A stretch of DNA of 64,000 bases from Sedimentisphaerales bacterium (lineage in GTDB: Bacteria; Planctomycetota; Phycisphaerae; Sedimentisphaerales; SM23-30), in contig CAXXFK010000042.1 of NCBI GenBank assembly GCA_963663965.2, forward strand, positions 128,001-192,000, read 5' to 3'. This document shows positions 60,451 to 64,000 of this stretch, piece after piece. The position numbers and the translations under genes are program-made. The notes beneath the pieces are model-generated. The model was not told the origin of the DNA. It ran no database searches and saw only the letters and a program-made list of their open reading frames with translations. Every line of letters starts with the position of its first letter. Position 1 is the stretch's first letter.

Positions 60451-63400
60451 TTAATATCCGGTCACTGATCCCATCGCCGCTATCTGAGGATTGGTCGCTC
60501 CCACCACATAGGTTGAGAAGTGGGTGGTATTAAACTGGACCGCTCTCAGGGTCGAACTGACCGGGATATCCTTGATATTCGAGATACCCGACTGGCTCAA
60601 CTCGCCGGTGTTGGGATTCAGCCAGTAAACCGTCGCGCTGACTTTCTGGCCGGCCGGTATGGCGTAGGGGATCGTAATCGTCACCGGACGAATGAATTCC
60701 ATCTTGCTGCTCGGGCCAAATTCATAGAAGGCCAGCGACTGCAACTTGGCGCTCAAACGCGGGAAGTCGATCTTGGAGATACTCACGGTGACATCGGACC
60801 AGAACGCGTTGGCCGGCACGGCCAGTGAGACATCATTCACCGATTGGATCTGGCTGGTTGCCTTGCCGATCTGGCCGCCATCAGCCGCTACCAGTTCATC
60901 ACGTTCCAGCGGTTGATTGTGGATTGCTGTTGAGGTGGCGCCGTAAATCGCGTTAACGCCATTACGGTCATCCACCCAGATCATATAGGGCAGGCCATTG
61001 CCATCGGCACAAATCGCCGGACAGGTCTGGCTGGCAGCGCCGCCATCATCCGGGACAAAGACATTGGTACCAAACCGGCTGTCGCCTATCGGCATTTCAC
61101 TGAAGTAAATGTCGTTGTCATTGTTATTACTCAGGTTACGCTGATCCTGCCAGCAGGTATACACCTTGCGGACCCCATCCACCGTACTCACGGCAATCGC
61201 CGGACAAACCTGAGCGCGATGGCTGGAATCATCCGATACCAGCGTACCATTGATCGAACCGGAAGGCAGATCGGTCAACCGGGCATATCGGATATCAAAA
61301 TCGTTGGCAGCTTCATCGGACCAGATCAAATACAGGTTGCTAGTGACACTGTCAATGGTCACCGCCGGGGCGCATTGGGCCCCGGTTATTACCACAGATC
61401 ACCTTATTCGTCCAGTTCGACTGCGTCGTTGACGTACCATAAATATCGCCGCCGTCTTTACGCTTGTCAGTCCAGAACACAAAGGTCTGTCCGGCCGGAG
61501 TCATTCCAACCGCCGGTTCGATCTGATCGGCAGTATGGCTGGTCAATCTGGCTTGCGAGCAGGTGGCAAAACCGTCTGCTGTGCTTCCCAGAACGATGTC
61601 CCAGTTCCCGGCTTCCTGATCCTGCCAGACCAGGGCGGCTTTCTTAGCCACATCCGGATCACAAGCCAGCGCCGGCGCTATCTGATCCTTATCCGATTCA
61701 GTCATACATACTGGAGCAGACCAGGTAACACCATCATCACTGGTGGTCAGGTAAATATCCCAGTTGCCATTGCGGTTATCCTGCCAGGCGACATAAACAC
61801 TGCCATCAACACCAGTTGCCACTGTCGGATTGCACTGATCCGCTTCATGATGGGTCAGGTTGATCGCAGTCGCAAATGACCAGGTATTGGCGGCAAGAGA
61901 ACTCAAGTAGATTTCTCGAGCGCCGACTGAGCCAGATTGCCAGACCGCCCAGATGGTGCCATTGCTGCCGCAAACAGTCTGCGGCGCGTCAGGTCCGGTA
62001 TTGGTGGTCGATAATGCGGCAGAACTGCTGGAACGGAACCGGTCATATTGAATAGCAGATGAAGAAACCGGCGTAACCGGGGTATTGCCGCCAAAACTGC
62101 GCATCTCGGTCCGGAAACTGAATACATAGGTTTCCATTTCGTTCCCGCTGTTATCGCTGGCGTCAATCGATACCGTGACTTCCTGATCGTTGGTAAACAG
62201 ATCATCGTTCTGATAGGTATACACGTAACGGGTAGAGCGTCCCTGGCGGCGGCAGACACCGCTGTCAGAATTATATTTAACCAGGTCACCCTGATAAACC
62301 AGTGTCCCTTCAATGGTTATGGCGACACTGTTCAGGTCCAGGCCGGTCAGGATATCAGCCAGTTCGATCGTAATAACGGTGTTCAACGGCGCCTGGATAC
62401 TGCCCGGAGCCGGAACCGTCTGAAGCACGACCGGTGGATCGTTATCAGGAGCGGCGGCCTTAACCGTAATGACTATCGATTTGTTTGTGGTCAATTCGCC
62501 ATCGCTGGCCGTAAAGATAATAGTGTGTGTGCCCACCTGGGTTTGAGTTGGTTTCCAACTGAACCGGATTCCATTGAAGCTGGCTCCAGTTGGCAGACTT
62601 CCGGCAGTAATCGTGACCTGGTCATCATCCGGATCCGTTGCGTTGACGTTGAACGCCAGCGTATCGGCATTGCCCGCCAGGTCAAGTTGAACCAGTTGGT
62701 TACTCAATGCGTCAAATACCGGTGCACTATTTGAGACTATCGGATCCGCGGGATCTTCCGATACGGTAATCGTAATCGTCTGTGGTGTGGAAGCCTGGCC
62801 ATCCGAGGCAGTAAAGGCTATCGGATAGCTACCGGCTTTTTCCGGTGAAACTGTCCAGGTCAGGGTATTACTGTTAAAGGTTGCACCTGCCGGCAGTCCA
62901 CTGGCTGAAATCGTGATCGCATCACCATCGGCATCGCTGGCAGATACTACTATTGACAGAGTCGGGTTCGGTTGGGTATTACTGAATAATACCGTGCGAT
63001 TATTCAAACCGATAAATTGCGGCGCGGTATTGGTGGGAGTAGTCCCCCCACCGGTATTGCCGCCCCCAGTATTGCCGCCGCCGGTATCACCACCACCGGT
63101 ATCCCCGCCGCCATCGGTTGGAGCCGTGACGGTTATCGTAACCGGCTGGCTGGCAGAGGCATAGCCATCGCTGGCCACAAAGGTAACGGTATAAGTTCCG
63201 GCACTGGCAGGGGTCCAGCTAAAACTGTTACCATTAAAGACGGCGCCGGCCGGCAGGTTCAAGGCCTGATAGACTAACGTGTTATCAGTATCCGGATCGC
63301 TGGCTGTGACGGTAAAGGTCAGTGACGATCCCGCCGCAACCGTCTTGTTACTCAAACTTAATGAGGGTTCCCGGTTGATGTTATTAATGACGATTTCTAC

Positions 63401-64000
63401 ATCTTTATCAACGGTGATAGAACCATCGCTGGCCGAGAATGTGATATTATAGAGACCTGCCTGTAAATAAGTTGGAGTCCAGATAAAGGTCGAACCATTA
63501 AAGCTCGCCCCCACAGGCAATCCACTGGCGCTGAGCGTAACCGGATCATTATCCAGATCGCTGGCGCTGACCGTAAAGCTCAGGCTCTGGCCTTCTTCGT
63601 GGCTGACCGCATCGGCGGCCGTTATAACTGGAGGCCGGTTGGCATTTCCAACTGTGATAATCACAATTTGCTGGTCCTGGCTGGTTCCATCAGATACAGT
63701 TGCCAGAACACTGACCGTGCCATCCTGACCAGTTGTAGGTTTCCAGCTGAATGTCCGGCTGGTGGCATTAAAACTGGCGCCGGTTGGCAAATTAGACATG
63801 GTATAGGTCAATGGATCGCTGTCGGCGTCGGTTGCACTTAAGGTGAAAGACAGTGTCTGGTCGGTCATAGCCTGCTGAGCGGCGATATTAGCCAGTACTG
63901 GATCACGATTGACATTATTAACGGTAATCCCAACGGTGCGATTGATGCTTTCGCTGCCATCAGACGCCCTGAAAGTTATCAGGTAATTTCCCGCCTGACT
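60451..64000 (-). CDS. Large surface protein with tandem Ig/cadherin-like (He_PIG-type) repeats, propeller-like repeats and a ZU5-like C-terminus; 5' end outside the window, frameshift near 61385
   Basis: Repeats N..P.......L.F...A.D.D.D.......LP.GA.F....F.W.P; Q..P.......W.D.R.GN.DI repeats; C-terminal EFGP...F..PVTITIPY...THFSTY. Confidence 0.8.
63044..63112. repeat. 15-bp coding tandem repeat encoding GGG(D/N)T x4
   Basis: Protein linker GGGDTGGGDTGGGNTGGGNTGGG. Confidence 0.8.

Noticed and set aside
1..64000. CRISPR array, tRNA or rRNA genes
   Set aside because: No regularly spaced repeats, cloverleaf or rRNA-like sequence was recognised by eye. The only tandem repeats are coding.

Overview
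This is a bacterial chromosomal window of about 50% GC (rough estimate). It is most likely from a Planctomycetota/Phycisphaerae (Sedimentisphaerales-like) organism; this is an inference from the LamG/Ig proteins with dockerin-like tags, the Tat-exported Gfo/Idh/MocA and sulfatase genes, and the short PheT. Most of the window is carbohydrate-active or secreted proteins (GH43, GH3, GH31, a CE1-like esterase, a sulfatase) and housekeeping genes (carA, pheT, menA, menG/ubiE, ogt, cutC, plsC, cmk, rny, ymdB, pyk). The main feature is a minus-strand retron operon at 16298-23516: promoter, HEAT/ARM-repeat gene, SWIM zinc-finger gene, msr-msd ncRNA, reverse transcriptase (RT). The ncRNA has 13-bp a1/a2 inverted repeats, two msr hairpins and a perfect 20-bp msd stem with a branched head; the RT has NAxxH, YADD and VTG motifs. 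A 1,828-bp IS with TAATTA duplicated on both sides interrupts the RT at about codon 25. Removing it restores a 543-aa in-frame RT that starts with a hydrophobic, probably membrane-spanning helix not visible in the ORF track. Other points: a decayed copy of the cutC 5' end brackets a one-gene islet, there are structured leaders upstream of carA and rny, a DoxX fusion carries an internal twin-arginine motif, and seven frameshifts, mostly in short homopolymers, are probably sequencing errors.
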